A stretch of 64,000 bases of DNA, taken from contig CM082580.2 in NCBI GenBank assembly GCA_040954595.2, positions 12,946,242-13,010,241 on the forward strand, written 5' to 3'. The translations under genes were made by a program, and so were the position numbers. This document shows, one piece after another, positions 51,508 through 62,592 of the stretch. The stretch's first letter is position 1. Every line of letters begins with the position of its first letter. The notes below the pieces were generated by a model that was not told the DNA's origin, searched no databases, and saw only the letters and a list, made by a program, of their open reading frames with translations. Origin of the DNA: Balanoglossus misakiensis (taxonomy: Eukaryota; Animalia; Hemichordata).

Positions 51508-54153
51508 CTGTTGAGAGAAATACGCACGCCTGAAAGTCTTATCGAAATATTGCGTTTGTGTGGAATCCATTCGATGTACTACTAAGATGTTACACACGTC
51601 ATCAGTAGACATGTGCACATACCGGGGTGTCGACATCTACTGGAACAGCAATATTTCATACATTATTCAATCATGTCGTGCAATGACGTACACGTTCTGT
51701 GAACATGTGAATGGATAGCCCAATGTTCTCAATGAATTTCTTTTCGTCAAAGGGAGTGGTGAGGGTAATTGGAAGGGCGGTACTGTAAAAATGATAATTT
51801 CGTGTGACGTGGGTGGCTTCCTGCGAACGTCTTCTTACAAGGTAATTCAACAGGTACGCTCGATTGACTTCCTCAACCAATAATCGACCTCAGTTATGGT
51901 AATTATGGTAATGATTGTGATGTAAGATAATGATTTTTCACCTGCAAGGCGAGGCAAACATAAAGGAACGTGGTCTTTTCTCCCCCGGGGGGAAGCAACA
52001 GAGAAAATGTAGTAGCAATTTCATGAAAGCCTTTCCGTGTAGAGAGCCTAACGTAATTCTCTGTACCAGATATAAAATCCTACAAAACGCAATTACCGAC
52101 GTGAGGATCGGACACAGCCGAGGAAACTCTTGAACCTCGCTGATGACGTCGGCAGATAGTAAATTATTGATCGAGAGCGCGTCGCTGTTACTTGAAAGAT
52201 ACGCATGTTGGAAGTGGAAGAAGAACTTTCCAAGAAACACGAGTATTATTTATACAAGAGACAACACTGTTTGGATTAAAACAATAATTCAAAACTGACA
52301 TCTATGTTTTAATATTTTCAGAGCTCTTTTGGTTTCTAAAAAAGGACCACAAACAATCATCAGAAACAACCTTTTTCTTCTTCTCCATACTGCTCAGTAG
52401 CTATGACAACACCCCCCGCACATTTCCAAGATGATGAAGACACGTACCAAAACATACTTTGATCATAATAAAGCCAAGAGGTCACACACAAATGTACAGT
52501 GGATGGAAAATAATGAGGCACCGACAACAAGGAAAACGCCAGGTTTTCATTTCAGCCTACAAGGCAGAGAGAGAGAGCGTACTACAGAGTGGACATGATA
52601 GACGAGATTGATCGTTTCCCTGGCAACCTCCTGTTTGTTGAAGCTGTTACGTGGGTGCCAACGAAATGTTTCTGGATCTATGCGAATCTAAGCGCCACGA
52701 ATTAGCTGTCTAGAAATGATAAAATACATGTAGTTTATTTGTAATGGAAGAACAAATCACCAATTTGCGAAATTGAGTGAACTCTGAGTAAACACTCGTC
52801 TGCTTTATTTTATACAAAAAATCACAATGATGAATTGAAAGAAGGCGCTTGCAACTTCTCTGCCGGGTTTTTGACGAAGCGTGTCATTAACAGTTTTGCT
52901 GTCTTCTTTTCACAGAACGCTCACATAGACTTAATATTATAAAGGTTGTTTTCATTGCAGTAACCACAGGTAACCCATAAAGGGGGGAGGGTGCCTGGGG
53001 CTATTGGCCGTACTTAACCCTGTGTTTCTCCTCCATATAAATCGTCCTATGACACCTATTCTCACGTGTCTTGTTTTTACACTCTGGTTTTTGTAGGCTG
53101 TTTTAATGATCTCCGTCGGCAACGATGATGATGCACAACACTAAATCGCGTTGCTTAATTTAACACATGTAAGTTTATATCTGTAAAAAATCGAAATGGA
53201 AGACAATTTCATTTTACGATCCACACGAACACGAAATTTACAATCTACCTGATTGTACACCTAACCTATTGCACCAGAGATTTAACGGGATTAATTACCT
53301 GAATTATTTGACGCCCTTCTCAGGAAAGGTCCCCTATACGATTATTTAAATATCCGGATCAAAAATCTTTCCATACAAAAGCTGTTTGTATAACATCGCG
53401 GTTGCTAACATGTTGCACAATTTTAATATTTTTCAGTCAACGTCATCGTGTTTCCTTATTCTACAAATAACAGAAGTACAAATCATTTCAACGACGAAAT
53501 AAAAATTATTTAATGTGTTTTATAAATAGAATACGAGATTATTTAAACGGATATTCAGTTATTTTTACACGTCGGATATTGCCACGTAAATTAACAAATT
53601 GAACAAAATGACATAATCCAATATGTTGACAGGAAATACTGGCACATTACAGCGCGTCACAGTCGCCTGGTAGCAATGATCTAAATATTTTAAAATATTC
53701 AGTGATCCAAATCCTACTGACTGTAGTCACAAGGTTGGGTTTGTGCCCTGGCTAAAACTGTATGTGAGCAGCCGGGATATTGATTTTGTTGGTCAAAATA
53801 GCGCCATCAGTGATAACTTTTACAAAACTTATTCATGCCCATATGAATAGGTCATGCATCTCTGTGCATTCACCAAGATTCTTGTTTTCATAACGAAGTC
53901 CTTCATTAAGGCTCAGTGATTTCTAGGTATCTTTCATCAATCATTTTATTTAATCTTGAACTCTATGGATGTGGTTCAGATTCACTACACTTGGCAGTGT
54001 TTGGCTAAAAATAATATACATTCACATAAAAGTATTTCATGCTCTCCCATACCCAACAACCCCCGTCCAACTAACATGCATATATATATTATTTAAAAAT
54101 TCTAGTTTAACTCTAGTTTATCAATATATAATATATATATATCACCATTTAAA

Positions 54154-56181
54154 TTAGTCATCATCATCATCGTCGTCATCATCATCATCATCATCAGATA
54201 AATTTAAATCTGCTTGATTTTTTCTGCTAGCTGTCTCTTTTCTGGCAGTTTTGATTTTATCTTCTGAGGCAGCATTCTCTTTGGCAACTTTCTGCTTGCC
54301 AGTTTTCAGTGGGTATGAAGACATGCAGAGGGTTTCTTTGCTGAAGTAGAGCGGCATGATGCCCAGGTCGCCGTCAAATCTGTTCTTGGTGACCTGGATG
54401 TACTTCCTTCCCCTGGGCGATGCCATGCGTTTGTCTTGCAAGATGATGATGTTGTCTGCTTCCTGGGCGGCCTTGGCTGTGCCGAAGATGGACGCCGTCT
54501 GGAGTTCTTCCTGATCCTTTTCCTTGCGTGGATGGATGACCACAGTCACATGGCAATTGTTGGCCGTGACAAATCGCCGGAATGCCGAGATGACGTTATC
54601 ATACTGGCTGAATCTGTCCATGGCTGTTGCTCTGTCAGAGAGGCCTACCATAAACTGTAGATTATCAATGATGACGTGCTCTATGTCGTGGACGTACACG
54701 GCGTGTGACATCGCATCCAGAACAGTTTTCAGCGTCTGCTGGCCATGGAAAGTCATGAAATACAACGGGAGATTTTCGAACTTGTCAGCCCAGTAATCAA
54801 ACTGATCCAGCTTCCTCTCCAAGTTCATCTTGGCAAACTGGGTCAGCATGACCTTGGCCAGTCTTATGTTGGGGATTTCGAAACTGCCCCAGAGTGTATT
54901 GACCCCCTGCATGCACAGGTCGACTGAGTACTCACTCATGAACGTGGTCTTGCCACTTCCAGTGGGACCAGTGAAGACGGTCAGCTCGCCCTTTCTGTGA
55001 CCTTTCAGCAGTTTATTCAACAGAGGGTATCTCTTCCATTTCACCCCGGCCACTTGCTCAGCGTGCGTCAACTCACCGAACACCTCCTCCCTGAGCGTTC
55101 TGAACGAGGCGATCGCCTTGTGACTAACCGGCTGCGCTTGCTTCATGATGTTGTTGAGATTCAGGCCCTGTCTCAGAGCTTCCATTGGATTTGGATGCTC
55201 ATCCTTAGGCCGGATGAAGAAGCACCTCTTTGGGTTCAGCTTCTTGGCAAACTTCTTGGACGCCTCCCAAGATCGAATGTCGTTGTCAAACCAGAGGAGA
55301 ATATTGTCGAATTGCTCGAGGAGAGGAAGCACTTCTTGTGGCAGGACTGATGTTCCTCTGGGAAGCGCCAAAGCTGGTAGTCGAGTTGTCTGGTTTACAG
55401 CCATAGCGTCTGCTTCACTGCTTGTCAAGATGATATTTTGAACATCTTTACTAATCAAATGATATCCAAACAGTCCACTGCAGTCCAATTTCGGTATGCT
55501 CCGATCGGTCATACTACTTTTGCCATTCTGGTCCTTCTCCAGGGCCAGCACCCTAGTCCCCTGGAGTTTGCTGCCATGGTGATACCACGGAAACACAATC
55601 AATTGTTGATCCTCCTTAATGCGGGCCCTGTACTTCTTTAGCACCTCCACTGTCAGATGTTGTATGTTGAAAGTTCTCTTAAGGTGGTCCAATACGGGGC
55701 TGTTACAGCTCTCAACAGGTGTGGCACTCTTCCAAAGTTCTTCTGCGTCTCTGATTTCTGCCGATTCAGCATTTTGGTCGTTGTTTAGTGGTGCATTTGC
55801 TTGGATGTTTTTCCCATTTGAGACTGACAGAACATCTTGCAGATTATGCCAAGTCCCTTTGAACGTGTTGCAGTGGCAGACATAACTTCCAGTGGTCATG
55901 TTTACATACATGCATTTTTGATCTTTACTGCTCTGTCCTTTACCGCCACAACACCACGGGCATTTGGCAACCAGACATGTATAGCCAGTTTTAAATTCAA
56001 TGTTTCTGTCACGGAGGAACCGTCGGATTTCTGTGACAGTAACATTTAAACTGGGTTGCGCAAGCACTTTCAGAGCTCTTCTGCATTCATAGGTGGGCAA
56101 GGTCCTCATCAATGAGAGTGTAGAGTTAGGCACACACCTTGTCATCGACAAAAGGTGATGCACTATACCATGGTGCAGCAT
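54154..56181 (-). CDS. TWNK: Twinkle mitochondrial DNA helicase (primase-like N-terminus plus SF4 helicase), CDS in a single exon
   Basis: 675-aa ORF with LLKGHRKGELTVFTGPTGSGKTTFMSEYSVDLCMQGVNTLWGSFEI (Walker A), HVIIDNLQFM (Walker B), HVTVVIHPRKE, SIFGTAKAAQEADNI and KNRFDGDLG, plus a basic N-terminal presequence-like region and a poly-Asp tail. A probable 5'UTR intron lies at about 56311-56700. Confidence 0.97.
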   Translation of the reverse strand: MLHHGIVHHLLSMTRCVPNSTLSLMRTLPTYECRRALKVLAQPSLNVTVTEIRRFLRDRNIEFKTGYTCLVAKCPWCCGGKGQSSKDQKCMYVNMTTGSYVCHCNTFKGTWHNLQDVLSVSNGKNIQANAPLNNDQNAESAEIRDAEELWKSATPVESCNSPVLDHLKRTFNIQHLTVEVLKKYRARIKEDQQLIVFPWYHHGSKLQGTRVLALEKDQNGKSSMTDRSIPKLDCSGLFGYHLISKDVQNIILTSSEADAMAVNQTTRLPALALPRGTSVLPQEVLPLLEQFDNILLWFDNDIRSWEASKKFAKKLNPKRCFFIRPKDEHPNPMEALRQGLNLNNIMKQAQPVSHKAIASFRTLREEVFGELTHAEQVAGVKWKRYPLLNKLLKGHRKGELTVFTGPTGSGKTTFMSEYSVDLCMQGVNTLWGSFEIPNIRLAKVMLTQFAKMNLERKLDQFDYWADKFENLPLYFMTFHGQQTLKTVLDAMSHAVYVHDIEHVIIDNLQFMVGLSDRATAMDRFSQYDNVISAFRRFVTANNCHVTVVIHPRKEKDQEELQTASIFGTAKAAQEADNIIILQDKRMASPRGRKYIQVTKNRFDGDLGIMPLYFSKETLCMSSYPLKTGKQKVAKENAASEDKIKTARKETASRKNQADLNLSDDDDDDDDDDDDD

Positions 56182-56832
56182 TTTGATTGAATCCAGTGAA
56201 AATCAAGTGTTTCCACACGTATGATGACGAACTATATTCTTATTACCTCGATAAGCATAGTGGTGACCACATGGTTTCCATGGTAACATACAAATGTTTT
56301 GTCATCTTTCCTGCAAAAAAGAAAAAAACAATAGATTGTCTTTCAGGGTGTAATGTTGCGCGTATACGTGCGCCCTCTAGAACTGATTATGAACCATTGG
56401 CGCGCCCAGCTAGCTCAGCGCCCCCCGTTTATCAGCTGGTCTCTGAACGGTTCAATACTAAAAAAAACACCTTACTGTATCGTTTTTTTCAATTAAACCG
56501 AAAACTGGTTTCTATCTCAAATCATCATCTACCACAATACAGACTGACCTTGCCGCGACAGTGGCAATGTCAATGACAGGGCAAGACCATCAACTATCAA
56601 CGCCCGTCAGACGTCCGCACGTACGCGTACGGAAGCACATTCAAAACGACATGATCAGTAGATTGACAGTGATCATTGGAGATAAAATGGTAACACTTAC
56701 GCCTCTAGCCCAAACCGTCTTTCTACTACCCTTCTTCAAATTCGACCGCCTAAAAACATGTGTTTATAATTTTGTTGGCTTCTGGGAGGGCATTCCCAGG
56801 TCAAAGTTCATACTGAGTCAATAAAAAGAAAT

Positions 56833-56846
56833 CGGAAGTGACGTCA
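56833..56846. promoter_or_regulatory. Composite ETS-CRE element in the bidirectional TWNK/LNX promoter
   Basis: CGGAAGTGACGTCA in a CpG-rich segment, between a minus-strand donor (~56700) and a plus-strand donor gag|gtaaga (~57008). Confidence 0.6.
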
Positions 56847-59599
56847 TACATGGCTAACTGAAAAGGACTTGACTAAGTATTTTGTTCGCATGCAACTGGC
56901 ATCGTCGGTAGAGAGGTAACGTCTGTTCAGATCGGTACATAGCAAACAGGTTGATCAGCGCGCGAATAGGATACGAATTACACAGCAACAAAACCTGTCG
57001 GCGATGAGGTAAGAATCGGTTTGTGTTCGGAGCGATCAGATGTGCAGAATTTTTTTTTTTTTCCACAGATCCAGATAGAAATCACACACGACACTCAACT
57101 GCTCTTGTCATGGTGTCGTGTTGTCGTTGCAGCTGATCGCGTCTGAATGTCAACATGGCGATCGAACGTCCCTGCACTGCAGTACATCTCAATACATGTA
57201 CTGTTTATATAAATCGGTCAGCAAACAGAGTCATGAACGGACGTTCTCGATCACTTTACCGAGGAATTCTGCTCAGCTGATTATCGTTGATCTTCATTCT
57301 GCTACACATTGTTTCTAACTAGTTAGTCTGTTTCAAAGTTGACAGATTGTTATTTTGCCCATTTCCCCATCAGCATAAACTAAGGGGTAAGCACTGAAAA
57401 TGGGGAAGCCAATTCAATTGCTTGTAATGTTCGCTTCACAACTTCAAATCAGGAGGAAAATCAATATAATATCAATCTACAGTACTTACTCAAATTTTAT
57501 TGGTATCATAAGTGGTAATCTATTTGTAATATTTGCAGATTTGATAGGAGACTCAAGAGGCCTAGGGACAATTAAAACTCGATCAGGTAGGTTAAACGAT
57601 CTGTTTCAGTTCCTATATTCCCATAGTTAATCTTATTTAAGCTAACCGAAGAAACTTATAATCAATTGATGTTAACACATCAGATTTTCATGGAAATCAA
57701 ATTATAATTCACACACAGAAAATGGGTGACAGATGTGTAGTTGTTTGGTCATTTTAGCCCCTTTCTGTGCTTTTGCCATGGTGTTCTGTTAAGCTGATGG
57801 AAAAGTTCACCTGGATGGATTCATTGGTTAAACTGACCCAGGCGTCTTGCATTAATGCACTTGTAAGTATTATGTTGCCCTATTAAGTGTCAACATATTA
57901 ACCTTGAAACCAACCCCCCTGAGATGGGTTAAAGATATTCTGTATTAAATAATTAAAAAACTCCCTTCAGTGGAAAGCAAATGAGCCCGTACAGTGAATA
58001 TTGGTGGATTCCTTCAACTGTTGAGTTTTGAGGAAGTTTTGGATCATTGGAATGAACTGGCCTGATCCATTTTAGGAAAACATTGATCAGAACTCAGCAT
58101 TCCCAACATTCCTTGAAGGCCTTTTTACCACCACCGCGTCAGCCCGGCGATAATGCCGATTTTGTGCTCCAGTGGGTTCTCTTTATTTCAGGCCCCGGCA
58201 TTCCATTTTGACAACAGCTGAACTGTTGCTTTAAAGACAATGAGGTTGTTGCCTCGAATCTTTTGTCGTAGGGTGACCCATGCTTGGTGGGCACTGTTAT
58301 TTTGAGTCATAGCTGCTTTGCAGTATTGAGGTGCTTTCTGTGAGACAAATACAAGAGGGAAAACTGTTACACATTACCGGTATAACTTGTACAATAAAGT
58401 CTCTAGAAGGTTCTATATCTTCAAGAACATTTTTCAAAAAAAAATGCTGTGAGACCTAATTCTCTGAATATCTGACAGAACTCAATGACCCATTACAAAA
58501 TATCATTGTGGCATTTTGTGAGGTCTGAATTGTTCACGTTATTGGACGACTGAAAAAAATTGCTGCCGTCGTTATCCCATGATGCAGAGCTAACTGTGGG
58601 ATCATAACAATGTAACGCCAAACACACAGCTGTGTGCCAGACTTGTGTCAAAGAGTGATTCATTATACCGTGCTATTGTCTACTTGCAGAGCTTAAATGA
58701 ATGAAGCGCACAATTTACTTTATCATGGCGACTCCACTGTGAGTGACTTCATATTATATATGATCAAATTTGACACCAGCTTTCACTGTGAGTCACTCAG
58801 CCTTCATTTCAAGTATTTTGCATTGTGGAGACTGTTAGTTTAGCATGGTGGTGTCACACAGGACCTGTTTTGTTTGTGGTTCCTGTTTCCAGGTGTTTGG
58901 GGTCGCCCGCAAGTATGTGTGTTTTGGAAGGCATTTTTTTGTACACCTGAAAGACTTAAAATCTTTACTTGATACTTAATATAAACAATGAAATTGCATG
59001 GCCTTTTAGAGTTGATACATTCCACTGGAGTGAAAAGGTAACTTTTGTCAGATGAATTATTGTGTTTACATGTTTCTGTTTCTGTTTAAATGGGCGATCT
59101 TTCAAAAATCCTGCATCTATTTTCCATAGAAAACTGAAGTAGTCTTCATGCGACATTTTATTCCAGAGAAGGCTTATTCCACAGAATATGTAGCAAGTAC
59201 AAGAGACAACAGACAATCCAATAATTAACTTAATTATCAAAATTGCAGGTAGTATTCCTCTATAACAACTGTGACCTTAACAATTCTAATTGCAAGCATT
59301 TGCGTCATTATATGTAAATTCAATAGTTGATCTAACTTAGCTTTGTTTGGTTAATTTTCATCTTTCCATACAGTTCCTACCCGTTGGTGAAATCCACGAC
59401 AATGTTGATTTGCCTTTGAAATCAGCAAAGAAATGGATGTAAATAACTGGGTCCTGTGACGACGAGGTGGAGATTTACAGAGACAAGAAAACTGATTCAC
59501 AATCAGATGTTTCACCGAGACAAACTCATCACAGTGAACCAAGAGGGAGCGGTTTAGAAGATTTTACCAACAAACTTGTTTTGTGAAGAAGAAAAAAAA

Positions 59600-62592
59600 A
59601 TGAGTGGAAAAAGTCGGAAAAAGCAGGTGGTCCTGTGTGGAACCTGTGGACAGATGCATGAAATTGGTTCAAATCATGTCTTTGATTATTATGAAACTGT
59701 TGATGAGGAACTGACATGCCAAGTTTGCTTACAACCACTGGTCAATCCAATGGACACAATTTGTGGACATACTTACTGTGCAAAGTGCTTGAAAAGCGTT
59801 TTGAGACTGAAAAAGATGTGTCCGATAGACAGAAGAGCCCTTACAAGTAAAGACTGCAAACAGGCCAGTATTATGGTGCAAAAGTAAGTATACATTTTCG
59901 GGGTTGGTTTTAGGAAGTTCAACATTGAATGCCCACATTGATGATTCTGACCTAAAACCTACATCCTGGGATGTAGAGAATAGCTGGCAGCCAGCAAAAA
60001 CAACTGGCTGTCTACAAAAAAAAAATTGCCAGATGTATAATTTATTAGAAGGGAAATTAAGGTCCCCATAGTGTTCTTAATGTATTCATTGGCATCTTGA
60101 GATGTGATAAATCCTGCCTGACTTGTGTCCGTCATTGGCAAATTATAATTTATGTCGTTACATGCAGAGGTTAGCTTTGTATTCTCCAGGCTACAGAGAA
60201 GGAAATAGGATTGTGCTTCGTGAAATACCAAATGCCATTCCTACTGGCTGAATCACAGATAAACTAATCAAGTGAGTTGTCTGGGAGTACATGTCCATAG
60301 AACCAGAAGAGAAGAGCGAAGCCTCCAAACAACACAACATCTAGAAGCTAGACTGGTATAACTGTGGCACAATTGCACACGTCCAGTGATAAAGGCTTCA
60401 AAACATTTTGAATGAAATGTCCTGGAATGTGACTATCTAAAGATTATCAGCTTACAGTCATTGAATTTCCTCTGTGAATTCAGCAGCTGCCTGTACCAAC
60501 ACTTGATGTGAAATACTTTCCTGATTTTTATTGATTGGGAAACTCAATACTAAAGACTCTTTTGTGAATACTCGCATACCCCAATAACAAGGATTGGCAC
60601 CCAGCTGTACTTTTGTTTCATATGTTGACAGTTTCAGTTTCAAGTGTTTAGATTACATGAAATCATATTTGGAACTGGAGAACTCTTTCTCAAAGTTGAC
60701 TTTTAAATACTAGATTTTGCAGAATCGAGAGAGAAGAAGAGAGAGTGAGTGTGTGTTCTAGAACTTCTAGGAACTTCAGTTTTTGCCTGGGGTAAAAGGG
60801 CTTAAGAGTTTGGCAAAAGATTACACAACTATCAGTGAAAATAATAGTCTTTTTATAGGACAGTCTATTGGATGCTGAATTGAAATCTGGCATGAGTCCA
60901 CTACAGAACTTGCATTGCTTCACTGGATGATTTGTTTGCTTGCAATTCCCATGTAAACTGTTGTCTATTTTCAATGTTTGTGCCACTACATGGAACAGTT
61001 CCAAAATTGTACAAAATTCACATATTCTTTTTTTGTTGACTATCACCCATCAAATGACATAGCCCTTCAATTCTGTGTATCTACTGGAGTGTAATACTCT
61101 CTTAAACAAGATTAAATGTTCACCATTCACTGCTTGCAAACTCGGTCTGAATATGTGTATAATGACTGTCACTATTGTTGACAAGTTCAGACTAACAGTT
61201 GCCACTATTACAACAATGAGTGACAGCACTGATTGTGCACATATGGCTATATTGATATAAAGCTAAACACTGTGTTTTTGGCCAATTGAAGTTTTGCAGA
61301 GTTGAAGAAGATATACTACAGTAGTTGGTACACAGAATATAATTTCTCAATGTTGTGAGGATAAATTTAGAGCCATTTTTCCCATTATACCACATGTGTC
61401 CATAACACAGCTAGAAATAGACAGTGATCACATTAAGTGCTGGTTACTGTGTCTCCATAAATTAAACCTCAATTTATCATCATAGTATGAATAAGAAACA
61501 AACAAAAGAGCTTGAAATAGATTCCCTCTGCTAATCTGATGCATATTTTGTTGTCTAGACTGACCACATCAGGGACAAAGATATATTATCACAGCAACAA
61601 AGATGACCCCTTACACTGGCCTTGGCAGGAAACCAAACCAAATTGATTACCAACTTCACAGCAAGCCATCTCATTATCTGCCAAGTGTAATAGCTTTGAT
61701 CAGACTTTAATTGTGCCTAAATTGGTTCCCATGAGATATAAAGGTCACTGACCTGGCACTGCCAACTGTGTTTGGTGGATATTGATCTGCATGGATTGTC
61801 CCAATGGATGAGACTTCAATGGAAATGTTTTGCTCTCTTTTAAGAGAGGTACGCTTTTGAAAGTGGACGAGTGAAAGTTGGCATATTGAAAGTAGTGACC
61901 ATAATCTTCTATTCTATGAAGGTCACATCAACCATGAGCTTTTGTAATTCTTGAACTTCCAAGGCCCTCGAACATAAATACCCAAAACATCATTATATCG
62001 CAACACAATTGAATTGTATCAGCTATAGGGAGAAGCTGACCTTCTAAGGAAACATTTAGTGATAGCACATATGGTGCACTGTTCCTGAGTGCATAAATTT
62101 CAGCACAATAGATGCACACATGTATGTCTGTCCTTGGAAAATAGAAACTGCAGTACACTATACAATGTTGGTGGGTGTACACGTAGGGTCAATGCACATC
62201 AACTTCACACTTCTTCATGCGTGTGTATATCTGAATAGTGTCTGGATATTTATAAAATATGCAACAAAATGGCCAATCACAGACAGCCGTTCATAGATAC
62301 ATGTATTAAACAATGCACATGTGAGCTTTTGTATTTCATTCTGTACAAACCACTCACTGAAGTATACTTTTTATTGTGTTTCACAGGCTCTTGGACAAAC
62401 TCAAAGTTTTGTGTCCAAACACTGATTACTGCACTGATGTCATGCAGAGGTCAGATTTAGAGGGACATTTAAATCATCGCTGTCCTGGCACAGTCACCAG
62501 CTGCGTCAATGCTGCCATCGGGTGTGCATTCACCGGACCACGAATGGAGCTGGATACACACATCTGGGAATGTCCCTACAGAGATGGCAAGG
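59600..62592 (+). CDS. LNX1/2: LNX1/LNX2-type RING E3 ubiquitin ligase, N-terminal Zn-RING-Zn exons (gene continues beyond the window)
   Basis: Exons 59600-59883 (LCGTCGQMH...[37 protein letters not shown]...CPIDR) and 62387-62592 ([34 protein letters not shown]...), joined in phase 2, closely match the LNX2 N-terminus. Confidence 0.88.
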
